Source of the DNA: Microcystis aeruginosa NIES-843
Lineage (GTDB): Bacteria > Cyanobacteriota > Cyanobacteriia > Cyanobacteriales > Microcystaceae
NCBI RefSeq assembly: GCF_000010625.1
Contig: NC_010296.1
Coordinates: 2,820,001 to 2,852,000, forward strand
DNA length: 32,000 bases
Direction of reading: 5' to 3'
A model generated the notes under the pieces. It was given only the letters and a program-made list of their open reading frames with translations. It ran no database searches and had not been told where the DNA came from. Below, in pieces: positions 9,855 to 18,473 of this stretch (the first letter of the stretch is position 1; the number at the start of each line of letters is the position of its first letter). A program made the position numbers and the translations under genes.

Positions 9855-10346
9855 CTTTCTTAACATAAAATTTGACAAAAAGAGAAAAGTGTGCAAGATT
9901 GCTCAAGGGGGTTCTATGGGGGAACTAATTTGATCAGATAGTTTCCAAGTCTGGCTGATATCATGTAACCTTCCCAGTCCTAACCAAATAGTTTTAACAC
10001 TAGGTTCACCGTCGCCTTTTCTACCTAAAAAAACCCCAAGAGAAGCAATCATTCTCACCACTGAAGGTTGAAAATAGGGTGAATTCCCAAAATCAGATGT
10101 GGCACTGACGGCGGCTAGATTTGCCGAGGAATGTCGTACGCTTGTACTAAGTTGGCTGGCCAAGTTTTCCACGATACTGATTAACCTTTTCTTTCTTCTC
10201 GTGTCTCCTAGGTCTGCATACTGTAATTCTTGGGCTGCCCATTTCTCCATTTTTTTGCTCACCTCCACCTTGATTCCTTCTTTCAAAACTATACCTATCA
10301 ATCGGTTCCCCTTTTTTTAAGTTTCTTCTCTTTTTGTTAAGAAAGC
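9855..10346 (-). mobile_element. Internally deleted IS4-family (Tn5-like) element remnant that retains both ends
   Basis: CTTTCTTAACA...AAAAGAGAA occurs at 9855-9890 and its inverted counterpart TTCTCTTTTTGTTAAGAAAG at about 10327-10346. These enclose a fused N-terminal plus C-terminal transposase fragment. Confidence 0.65.
9903..10301 (-). pseudogene. IS4-family transposase remnant: N-terminal DNA-binding segment fused to a C-terminal tail
   Basis: MEKWAAQELQYADLGDTRRKKRLISIVENLA is the typical Tn5-like N-terminus. The tail ..SLGVFLGRKGDGEPSVKTIWLGLGRLHDISQTWKL is the typical C-terminus. The roughly 300-aa catalytic core is missing. The likely original start is the internal Met at 10250. 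Confidence 0.7.
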
Positions 10347-10388
10347 TCCGACTAACTGATTACTGATCACTGAAAAATCTCTTGTCTC

Positions 10389-11318
10389 TTAATCAAATTC
10401 TGCTTTTAAATCCCGACGCATCAATTCATAAACGGCAACTTGGGGAGAAATTTCCCCGCGCAAAAGACGATCAACTTGGCAGGTAATCGGTACATATAAA
10501 TTTTTTTCTTGGGCAATTCTCATCAAAACTTCTGTGGTATTTATTCCCTCGGCAGTTCCCTCTAACTTTGCTAAAATCTCAGGCAAAGATAAACCTAAAG
10601 CTAATTGATAACCCACTTGATAATTGCGAGATAAAGGACTATTACAGGTGGCTAATAAATCCCCTAAACCCGATAAACCGAAGAAAGTTTCTTGACAACC
10701 TCCTAGACAAGTTCCCACCCGAACTATTTCCGGTAAAGCGCGAGTTAACAGGGCAGATTTGGCATTAGTACCTAACTGTAAACCATCGCAAACCCCAGAA
10801 GCGATCGCCATGACATTTTTGAGAGTGCCACCTAACTCAGTCCCCAAGGGATCGCTATTAAGATAAACCCGAAAAGATTCCCCAGATAATAATTTTTGTA
10901 ACAATATTGCTGCTTTTTGCAGATAACTTGCTACCACCGTGGCAGCGGGTAAACCTTGATTAATTTCTTTAGCTAAATTGGGACCGGAAAGAACCACAAG
11001 GGGATTAGCGGGAAAAGCTTGATTCCACAGATGAAAAGGGGTACGAGTGGTGATTGGCTCTAATCCTTTAGTAGCGGTGACGATAATTATGCGAGAATTT
11101 AATTGTAATTGCTGTAATTTTTCGATCGTTGGAACAACTCCTTTAATCGAAACTGCTGAAATAATTACCTCAGTATCTGCTATAATAGCCCCTAAATCTT
11201 CCCCAGTATGACGCGACCAAACCCTAACAGCTAAGTGATTAAGTCTAGCCAAATTAGCGAGAGTTTGTCCCCAAATTCCCCCACCTATAACCGTAATTTT
11301 CTTGGCATTTTCTAACAA
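10389..11318 (-). CDS. gpsA: NAD(P)H-dependent glycerol-3-phosphate dehydrogenase
   Basis: 309 aa with an N-terminal GGGIWG dinucleotide-binding motif. The length and central/C-terminal motifs (GPNLAKE, LKNVMAIA.G..DGL, GLSGLGDL..TC) fit GpsA. Confidence 0.9.
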   Translation of the reverse strand: MLENAKKITVIGGGIWGQTLANLARLNHLAVRVWSRHTGEDLGAIIADTEVIISAVSIKGVVPTIEKLQQLQLNSRIIIVTATKGLEPITTRTPFHLWNQAFPANPLVVLSGPNLAKEINQGLPAATVVASYLQKAAILLQKLLSGESFRVYLNSDPLGTELGGTLKNVMAIASGVCDGLQLGTNAKSALLTRALPEIVRVGTCLGGCQETFFGLSGLGDLLATCNSPLSRNYQVGYQLALGLSLPEILAKLEGTAEGINTTEVLMRIAQEKNLYVPITCQVDRLLRGEISPQVAVYELMRRDLKAEFD

Positions 11319-11421
11319 CTTTTATTCTCCTCCTTATTAGTGATCCCTGATCAGTGACTGGTTAGAAATGATTCGATTTGAAGGTTATGAGTCTTAAATG
11401 AAATTATTCACCGATTACTGA

Positions 11422-11617
11422 TAAGTAGGTAGGTGTTAAAAGTTGTCAGACACCCCCCTTATCAAGGGGGGCAGGGGGGATCCCCCCGCCTATCGGCACC
11501 CCCCTTATCAAGGGGGGCAGGGGGGATCCCCCCGCCTATCGGCACCCCCCTTATCAAGGGGGGCAGGGGGGATCAGAGGCAAAATCTATCTTCAATTTAA
11601 TTATAACTACTTACTTA
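11422..11617. mobile_element. MITE-like dispersed element with G6/C6-rich 46-bp tandem units (copy 1)
   Basis: It starts TAAGTAGGTAGGTGTTAAAAGTTGTCAGACACCCCCC and ends AATTTAATTATAACTACTTACTTA. About 2.7 copies of ACCCCCCTTATCAAGGGGGGCAGGGGGGATCCCCCCGCCTATCGGC lie at 11452-11574. A second copy is at 20692-20844. Confidence 0.75.
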
Positions 11618-11641
11618 ACTGTTCACTGATAACTGAAAAAA

Positions 11642-12073
11642 ATGACAAACTATCGCAATCCTGCCCCCACTGTTGATATTATCATCGAACTGATCGACTC
11701 GCCCCACCGTCCGATCGTACTAATTGAGAGAAAAAATCCGCCCTTTGGCTGGGCAATTCCGGGGGGATTCGTGGACTACGGCGAATCGGTGGAAACGGCG
11801 GCCATTCGGGAAGCTTACGAGGAAATCAGTTTGCAGGTGCAGTTAATCGAGCAATTTCACGTCTATTCCGATCCTAACCGCGATCCGCGTCAACACACCA
11901 TTAGTATCGTTTTTATCGCCACGGCAAAAGGCCAACCGATCGCTGCCGATGATGCCAAAAAAGTCGGGATTTTTCATCTCTGGGAATTCCCCCAACCTTT
12001 ATGCTTTGATCACGATCGCATTCTCAATGATTATCGTCGTTATCGGGATTATAAAATTCGTCCCACACATTAG
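11642..12073 (+). CDS. NUDIX hydrolase
   Basis: 143 aa with a Nudix box, [24 protein letters not shown]. Confidence 0.9.
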   Translation: MTNYRNPAPTVDIIIELIDSPHRPIVLIERKNPPFGWAIPGGFVDYGESVETAAIREAYEEISLQVQLIEQFHVYSDPNRDPRQHTISIVFIATAKGQPIAADDAKKVGIFHLWEFPQPLCFDHDRILNDYRRYRDYKIRPTH

Positions 12074-12133
12074 ACCCCAACCTAGCCATAAAAGCAATCC
12101 TTGCCAAAAACGTCCCCGAAAAACCTTAAAAAA

Positions 12134-13351
12134 TTAGACACTTCTGAGGGCGACAATCGGCTCCAATTTAGAGGCACGATAGGCGGGAAAAACGCCAAAA
12201 AAGAGACCAATACCCGTGGAAACGCTCAAAGACAGGGCGACGGCGGTGGCGGAAACAGTGGCAGCCAGGGGAGAGAAACTGGAGACGAGAACGATCGCTC
12301 CTGCACCGACGAGAATACCAAGCGCACCGCCGGCGATGGAAACGAGAGTTGATTCAATCAGAAATTGTAAGAGAATATCCTGTTCTCTGGCTCCGATCGC
12401 TTTTCTTAGTCCGATTTCCCCGGTTCTTTCCGAAACCGAAACGAGCATAATATTCATTACCCCGATACCACCGACAATCAGGGAAATACCAGCGATTAAA
12501 GCCAAAAGTAGGGTGAGACCCTGAGTAATCGTGGCGAAGATTTCGATCATCTGTTTAGCAGTTTCGACGCGAAAATCATCCTCAGCGACGATTTTATGGC
12601 GTAAACGCAGAAGATTCTGGATTTGGAACTTAGCAGCGCGGATTTCCTCCCCCGATCGCGCGGTGAGACTAATCCAACTCAACTCGACACCGTAGGGTCC
12701 GGTTTTGCCCACCAGTTGCGAGTTCATGGTGCTAAGGGGAATAATCAGCATTTCATCCTGATTATTGCCAAAAAAGGAGCCTTTCGCCTCTAAAATCCCG
12801 ATCACCTCAAAACTGAGATTTTTGATCCGCAGCTGTTGACCAAGGGGATTTTGGGTGGGAAAAAGTTGCGCTGCCACTTCCGTGCCGATCACCGTTACCC
12901 GTTTGTTGCGGGCTAGATCGATATTATTGATAAAACGACCTTTTTCTAGGGTAAAATTGCGGACAGAAGCGTATTCTGGGGTGCTTCCCGTGACTAGAGC
13001 CGTCATGTTGCGATTACGATGGGAAATCAGGAAACGAGCGTTTATTTCCGGGGCGACTTCAGCGACGGTGGGAACCTGTTCGGCGATCGCCTGAGCATCG
13101 GCTAAAACTAGGGTTTTCGGTAAATTAACGGTGGTATTGCGTGCTTGTCGCGACCCCGGCACCACAAAAATGGTATTGGGTCCCAAGTTAGCAAACTGGT
13201 CATTGGCTAAGGTTTGCGCCCCTTGGCCAATACCGATCATGGCCACCACCGAAGCGTTACCGATGATAATCCCTAACATAGTCAGGCCGCTACGCACTTT
13301 ATTGGCCCCTAGGGTGGAGACGGCCATTTTTAAACTTTCGGTGATCAACAT
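12134..13351 (-). CDS. ABC transporter permease, MacB/FtsX type (DevC-like)
   Basis: 405 aa. It has an N-terminal TM helix, a large periplasmic domain and a C-terminal FtsX-type 3-TM bundle. The start motif is ...ANKVRSGLTMLGIIIG. Confidence 0.85.
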   Translation of the reverse strand: MLITESLKMAVSTLGANKVRSGLTMLGIIIGNASVVAMIGIGQGAQTLANDQFANLGPNTIFVVPGSRQARNTTVNLPKTLVLADAQAIAEQVPTVAEVAPEINARFLISHRNRNMTALVTGSTPEYASVRNFTLEKGRFINNIDLARNKRVTVIGTEVAAQLFPTQNPLGQQLRIKNLSFEVIGILEAKGSFFGNNQDEMLIIPLSTMNSQLVGKTGPYGVELSWISLTARSGEEIRAAKFQIQNLLRLRHKIVAEDDFRVETAKQMIEIFATITQGLTLLLALIAGISLIVGGIGVMNIMLVSVSERTGEIGLRKAIGAREQDILLQFLIESTLVSIAGGALGILVGAGAIVLVSSFSPLAATVSATAVALSLSVSTGIGLFFGVFPAYRASKLEPIVALRSV

Positions 13352-13478
13352 ATCAGTTATCAGTTATCAGTGATCAGTTATCAGTTATCGGTTAGATAGT
13401 TGTAGGGTTTTGGGGTTTTGGGGTATTAGTTGAATTCCCCCATTTCCCCATTCCCCCATTCCCCCATTCCCCCATTTC
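13352..13478. repeat. Block of short tandem repeats: (TCAGTTA)n at 13352-13392, (GGGGTTTT)n at 13405-13424, (CCCCATT/CCCCCATT)n at 13437-13478
   Basis: Read directly from the sequence. The block fills the 197-bp gap between the adaptor and permease genes. Its reverse complement is homologous to the block at 27177-27296. Confidence 0.9.
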
Positions 13479-13548
13479 CTGAATCCTGTCCGATCAGAAA
13501 AAAGACAATTTGGAGATATTTGTTAAGAAAAATTATTGAGATTTTTGA

Positions 13549-15027
13549 TTATTTTTGATTAGTTTTCGAGGTATCTTCGGCCCCTTCGGGGAGATCGATA
13601 AAGACCTTTTCTCCAGCTTCCAAACCTGATAAAATTTGGGTTTTATCGTCTAAGACCAAACCGATCGAAACGGGTTGAAAACTGGGTTTATTTTCGGCAT
13701 CGGGAACTAAAACCCCTGACTTGCCTTCCCGGGTGACAATGGCGACAGTCGGCACGACGAGGGCATTATCTAACTGCTGGCCGACAAAAGTTACATCCAC
13801 ATTCATTTTCGATTTGAGTTTGTCCCGTCCCGTCACCAAACCGATTCTCACTTCAAAAGAAGTAACATTATCCTCGATAATCGCTTCGGGAGCCACGAGA
13901 ATAACTCGACCTTCAAAGACTTCTTCAGGAAAAGCATCGGCGACAATGCGCACTGGTTGGCCGCGCTGCAATAAACCCACATCTACTTCCGGCACTTTAG
14001 CAATCACTTCCAATCCCGATGCTAGGGCGATAATCGAGGTGGAAGTGGCGGAAGCGGTACTGGAGGCCGAAGTGGTGGGAGTGACAAAAGAACCCTCGGT
14101 GGCGTATTTTTGGGTGACGATGCCATCAAAGGGAGCAGTAATGACCGTATCGCGGTATTGAATCTTAATTTGCTCTAAATCGGCCCTAGCGGCCGCTACA
14201 GATGATTCTAGTCGAGCAAGCTCGGTTTCTTGGGTTTTTTGGCGTTGTTCGAGGGCAAATTTCGCTTCTGCGATCGCTGCTGCCGCTCCTATCATTTCCT
14301 GCTCAATTCCGGCCACTTCTGGGGAAGCGGTTTTATCCGCTTGTTCCAAACGGCGGATCGATTCGTCTAAATTGGCTTTAGCGTTGAGATATTCATTGAG
14401 GACGGCATCAAATTGGTCTTGGGCGATCGCCCCTTCCCGGACTAAATTTTCATTGCGTTTAACCCGATTTTCTGCTAGTCGAAAACGGGATTGGGCTGCT
14501 TGTACCTGAGCTTGCAGCTGGTCTAAATCTTTGGGAATTCTTTCTTTGGCCTGAGCTAAACGGGCTTCTAATTGCTTATAACTGGCCTGGGCCTGATAAA
14601 ATCGGGCTTGTAATTGCCGGATATCTTCGGGAATGCTGCGTTTAGCCTGTTCCAGATTGGCTAGAGCTTCCCGTAGATGCGCTTCTGACTGCATTCCTCG
14701 GGCATAAACCTCTAAATTATCCATGACGGCGAGGGTTTGTCCCTTTTTAACAATCATGCCCTGATCTACCAATAATCGCACTAATCGGCCGGGGTTTTTT
14801 GGGCTAATGTTGACACTTTGGATTGGTTCCACCCTACCACTAGCTTTAATTTCCACAGCGAGGGTTTCCCGTTGAGCAGGAACGGTCATTTTCGCCAATT
14901 CTAGGCCAGGAGGAGGTGTTTGCAGCAAGCGATAAGAAACCACTCCCACCGCCAGAAAACCACTAGCCATGAGTCCGAATATCCAAAATAGGGGGCGATT
15001 TGATTTTCCCAACACGGTTATTGCCAT
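13549..15027 (-). CDS. Periplasmic adaptor / membrane fusion protein (HlyD/DevB-like)
   Basis: 492 aa with an N-terminal TM anchor, a long coiled-coil (repeated Q/A/E/R heptads), then beta-barrel regions. It lies upstream of the permease gene. Confidence 0.85.
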   Translation of the reverse strand: MAITVLGKSNRPLFWIFGLMASGFLAVGVVSYRLLQTPPPGLELAKMTVPAQRETLAVEIKASGRVEPIQSVNISPKNPGRLVRLLVDQGMIVKKGQTLAVMDNLEVYARGMQSEAHLREALANLEQAKRSIPEDIRQLQARFYQAQASYKQLEARLAQAKERIPKDLDQLQAQVQAAQSRFRLAENRVKRNENLVREGAIAQDQFDAVLNEYLNAKANLDESIRRLEQADKTASPEVAGIEQEMIGAAAAIAEAKFALEQRQKTQETELARLESSVAAARADLEQIKIQYRDTVITAPFDGIVTQKYATEGSFVTPTTSASSTASATSTSIIALASGLEVIAKVPEVDVGLLQRGQPVRIVADAFPEEVFEGRVILVAPEAIIEDNVTSFEVRIGLVTGRDKLKSKMNVDVTFVGQQLDNALVVPTVAIVTREGKSGVLVPDAENKPSFQPVSIGLVLDDKTQILSGLEAGEKVFIDLPEGAEDTSKTNQK

Positions 15028-15149
15028 CGATCAGCCAAAAGTTAATTGGTTATATACTAACGTCTCTAGAGCTGCCTTTGTTGTTTCTTTAGCCAACAAC
15101 TCCCAAGCGAGATAGACTGATTAAAAAAGGCCTATCGCGGGGGTAAACT

Positions 15150-16031
15150 GTGCCAAAACTTCAATTAATCATTTCTTTGCTCGTTTTTTTCGTCGCTGGC
15201 AGCCCGCTGGCTTTTTCCCAAGCGCTACTCCCCTACGCCATCGAACCGGAGTTAGAACAGATGGAACAAGCGGGAATTGAAATCGCCGAAGATGCCATCC
15301 AATTAGCTCGTTTTCGCCGTACCGATGCGGCCCTCGGACGGGCTAAGTTAGCGGTGCAGTTAGCCCCCCATCTCTATCAAACTTGGTTTATTCTCGGTAG
15401 TTTATATCTGCAAGACGATCAGGTGCAACTCGGTATCGAGGCATTAAATCAATCTTTGTCCCTTGCTCCCGCCGATGCCCACGCTAATATTAAATTTTCC
15501 CTCGGTAGTGCCTATTTTCAGAATCAAGATTACCAGTCTGCTATTGCCCAGATTGAAGCGGGTTTGCAAATGAAACCCGATATCTCCCCCGCTCTTTTTG
15601 ATCTGGGTAATTCCTATCTCAAGTTAGAACAATATCCTGCGGCGATTGCAGCTTACGAAAAAGCTGTTAGTCAAGATAAAAATTTTTGGCCGGCTATTAA
15701 TAATATTGGTTTAGTTAAATACGAACAGGGTGATAAGGAAGCAGCCCTTAAAGATTGGCGCACCGCTTTGAAAATCGATCCTAAACAGCCGGAACCTCAG
15801 TTAGCTATTGCGGTGGCCGTTTATAGTCAAGGTAAAACTGAGGAGGGCATCAAATTAGCTCAGGCCGCTCTCACTAGCGATAGTCGTTATGTCAGTCTGG
15901 AATTTTTAGAGGAAAATCTCTGGGGTCAACGTCTTCTGCAAGATACGGAGAAAATGTTTAATCATCCCAAAATGAAAGATTTTATCGCTCGTTTACCACA
16001 ACCAACCCCAGAAGCGGAGGAAGAAAATTAA
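15150..16031 (+). CDS. Secreted TPR-repeat protein
   Basis: 293 aa with a GTG start and a signal-peptide-like N-terminus. It has several TPR-like A..Y......A...Y..AL..P units. Confidence 0.75.
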   Translation: MPKLQLIISLLVFFVAGSPLAFSQALLPYAIEPELEQMEQAGIEIAEDAIQLARFRRTDAALGRAKLAVQLAPHLYQTWFILGSLYLQDDQVQLGIEALNQSLSLAPADAHANIKFSLGSAYFQNQDYQSAIAQIEAGLQMKPDISPALFDLGNSYLKLEQYPAAIAAYEKAVSQDKNFWPAINNIGLVKYEQGDKEAALKDWRTALKIDPKQPEPQLAIAVAVYSQGKTEEGIKLAQAALTSDSRYVSLEFLEENLWGQRLLQDTEKMFNHPKMKDFIARLPQPTPEAEEEN

Positions 16032-16104
16032 GCTGATAGCAGCAAGCATTAAGATAACCCCTTAGTTAATTTGCTAGGAATTCTTGAGGCTTGCTCTAGC
16101 TAAT

Positions 16105-16194
16105 TAGGGCTGGCTGAATATCGGTAGCAGCTTTGCTAAAAAATGGTTTTGGGACTTTATTAGCAAAACAACAAACTTTTTGCCGCAAACCCCA
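16105..16194 (+). mobile_element. TA-flanked MITE family, short copy B
   Basis: TAGGGCTGGCTGAATA ... CAACAAACTTTTTGCCGCAAACCCC. Both ends match copy A and the middle is deleted. Confidence 0.65.
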
Positions 16195-16237
16195 CATACA
16201 GTACAATTATTATAGTTAAGGGTTTGAAAGGCCTAGG

Positions 16238-16573
16238 ATGATGGCAAAGCAATCAAGGGCAATTGCGGTGACAGAACATGATAATAAGTATCCTGAATGT
16301 CTGCACTTGGAGATTTCGGGAGAACCCCTGGCGCCTGAGTCGAAGGGACTTTTTTCGCCTTTGAAAAAGTCTGATCCAGAGGCGATCGCCCTATCAGTGC
16401 GGCTTAATTTTAATCAGCAGTGGCTTGATTTTCGCTTTGGACGGGTTAAGTTTGGTTTGCGGGGGGGAGAGTTACGCTTAAAACTGGAGAATGGCCAAAT
16501 GCCTTCTGAGTTGAGAAATGAGGCGTTGAAAAAGATTTTAGCAAGGGAGTTGGAGATTAGACCTCTTGCATAA
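16238..16573 (+). CDS. Hypothetical protein whose 3' end is supplied by an inserted IS (disrupted ORF)
   Basis: 111-aa ORF. The last 4 codons and the stop (RPLA*) lie inside the left inverted repeat of the IS that starts at 16559. Removing the IS and one copy of ATT continues the frame into 17971-18066. Confidence 0.45.
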   Translation: MMAKQSRAIAVTEHDNKYPECLHLEISGEPLAPESKGLFSPLKKSDPEAIALSVRLNFNQQWLDFRFGRVKFGLRGGELRLKLENGQMPSELRNEALKKILARELEIRPLA

Positions 16574-16699
16574 TTTTTTTATGGTATAATATAAGGTTTT
16601 GCTTTTTTCTCAATTCTTAGATTGAAGTGGAAAAAAGAATAAAATGTGATCTTAGGTCAGGAAATCATCTATAATTTTGCTATGTTTATTAGCAAAATT

Positions 16700-17730
16700 A
16701 TGGATTATCAAAACTGATCAGATGAACAATTCAAACGCCGTTTCGGTGTGTATAAACAAACCTATAGAAAGATGGTAGAATCAGTAAAAAGTGTTGAAGC
16801 CGACTCTAATTCACCATCTAAAAGGGGACCGAAACCTAAACTATCTATAGAAGAACAAGTTTTAGTAACGTTAGAATATTGGCGAGAATATAGAACATAT
16901 TTTCACATTGGTACAAGCTGGGAACTATCAGAATCAACTATATGTCGGATTGTAAATAAGACGGAAAAAATGCTTTTACAATCGGGAAACTTCCGTTTAA
17001 AAGGAAAAAAAGCTTTACTCAATCAAGCAGAGATACCGGTCGTAACGGTAATGGATGTAACGGAAACTCCCATTGAACGCCCCCAAAAGAAACCGAAAGA
17101 TTTTTTGGGGGGTAAAAGAGGTTATCATACTTTAAAATCCCAATTAGTAGCTGATCAAAATACAGAGGAAATTATCTGTGTCTTTTGTGGGAAAGTCAGA
17201 GGTCATGATTTTAGTTTATTTAAAAAAAGTCGAGTTCGTTTTCATCCTTTAACTACCAGCATAGAAGACAGTGGTTATCAGGGAATAGCTGCATACCATA
17301 GTAATAGTTATACACCGAAAAAGAAACCGAAAAATGGAAAATTAACAGACTTAGAAAAGGAGTATAACAAGGCTTTGGCCAAAGAAAGAATTATCATTGA
17401 ACCTATAAATAGGAAACTCAAAATCTTTAAAATATTATCCTGTAAATATCGGAATCGTCGTCGAAGATATAGTTTAAGAGTTAACTTGTTGGCGGCTATT
17501 TATAACGGGAGCATCTCACCTTTGCAATGAGCATAAATACTTAGTGGAAAAATAGGCTTTTCGAGGGTAATTCTTGTTTTAATTCTCCATGTACGCAGTC
17601 TTTAAAAGCCTCTATTTCGTTCCAAGACACGATTAAGAGTGGCTTTTAGGCTAAGTATAATTACTTATCGCGTAAGTGAGATGCTCCCATTTATAACTGT
17701 GAGTTAGGGATAGGTATAGCAGCTTCTTAA
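16700..17730 (+). pseudogene. IS5-superfamily transposase with an in-frame TGA at codon 6 and a 182-bp MITE in its 3' end
   Basis: The ATG at 16700 reads MDYQN*SDEQFKRRFGV in frame with the GTG ORF at 16748-17530. After the nested MITE is removed, the frame resumes AAIYN|CELGIGIAAS* and ends at 17730. The pattern ...YWREYRTYFHIG..., ...DVTETPIERP..., ...DSGYQG..., ...YRNRRRR... fits this transposase type. Confidence 0.8.
17507..17688. mobile_element. 182-bp MITE nested in the transposase gene
   Basis: It has a perfect 13-bp terminal inverted repeat, GGGAGCATCTCAC / GTGAGATGCTCCC. A 9-bp direct duplication ATTTATAAC lies at 17498-17506 and 17689-17697. Confidence 0.9.
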
Positions 17731-18224
17731 AAGTTGCCTAAAGATTAATCAAGTCAAGGAGAATTTATTCTCAATTATAAAAATTGAGATAGTTTGTGCC
17801 GCTTAAATAAAGAGGTTTTGATAACCAAATTAAAGCAGCTCTAAAGAGTTTTGAGTTAAAAGTTAAACTTCAAGTTTTCATTCAGGACTAATGTACTGGT
17901 TAACTAATTTTTTGGGGAAAATTAGTTAACCCATCATTATAACATATAATTAATTTGCAAGAGTTCTATTGTTGAAAAACGCCCAGATGGCTATATTGCT
18001 TATCCTTTAGGTATTTCTTGTTCCAAGGCAGAGCCTTGGAACATAATATCTAAGGCTCTGCCTTAAAGTAGTATTTAGGAAGAACTGGAATTTCAGTAAA
18101 CAGTTATCAGTCAACAGTTATCAGGTAGAACCTGAATCAAGCGTTCCCAGGTTCTACCTGGGAACGAGATAACTAGATAAATAAGTTAAAATAGTAAGGC
18201 GATCATTAACAAAGGGGTCAACAG

Positions 18225-18464
18225 ATGCAAAATTTACGTCAGGTTTCTTTACTAACAAGTGGACAAGAGCAAGTATTAACTATTCCTCCTGAACTGGCCC
18301 TATCAAGTACAGAGGTTTTGTTACGCAAAGAAGGTCATCGCTTAATCATTGAGCCGATTTCTTCCGGTTCTCTAATTTCTTTGCTGACTACTTTGCCAGA
18401 CATTACAGACAATTTTCCTGATATAGATGAAGGGTTGCTTCCCCTTGATGACATTACATTTTAG
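18225..18464 (+). CDS. vapB: Type II antitoxin, AbrB/SpoVT-fold VapB-like
   Basis: 79 aa. The N-terminal pattern is ..GQEQVLTIPPELAL..TEVLLRKEGHRLIIEP. The gene ends 10 nt before a PIN-domain gene. Confidence 0.8.
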   Translation: MQNLRQVSLLTSGQEQVLTIPPELALSSTEVLLRKEGHRLIIEPISSGSLISLLTTLPDITDNFPDIDEGLLPLDDITF

Positions 18465-18473
18465 TACCACCCA

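Larger units (their letters stand above)
16559..17967 (+). mobile_element. IS5-superfamily (DDE_Tnp_4, ISY203-like) insertion sequence, decayed
   Basis: The left end AGACCTCTTGCATAATTTTTTTATGGTATAAT matches the reverse complement of the right end AGAACTCTTGCAAATTAATTATATGTTATAAT at about 25 of 33 positions. A 3-bp ATT duplication lies at 16556-16558 and 17968-17970. Confidence 0.8.

Noticed and set aside
11443-11676. 77-aa ORF (PLIKGGRGDPPAYRHPPYQGGQGGSP...)
   Set aside because: It is the translation of the G6/C6 tandem units of the MITE. It overlaps the true Nudix start in another frame.
12101-14161. Plus-strand ORFs (12101-12352, 12216-12524, 12855-13094, 13131-13373, 13721-14161) opposite the permease and adaptor genes
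   Set aside because: These are antisense shadow ORFs within well-supported genes, with odd composition (R/T/P-rich).
17897-17930. Perfect 14-bp stem GGTTAACTAATTTT/AAAATTAGTTAACC in the roughly 200-nt non-coding 3' part of the IS, considered as a possible IS-encoded guide-type RNA
   Set aside because: This transposase type (DDE_Tnp_4) is not known to use guide RNAs, and I see no conserved partner sequence. It is more simply a subterminal hairpin or terminator.
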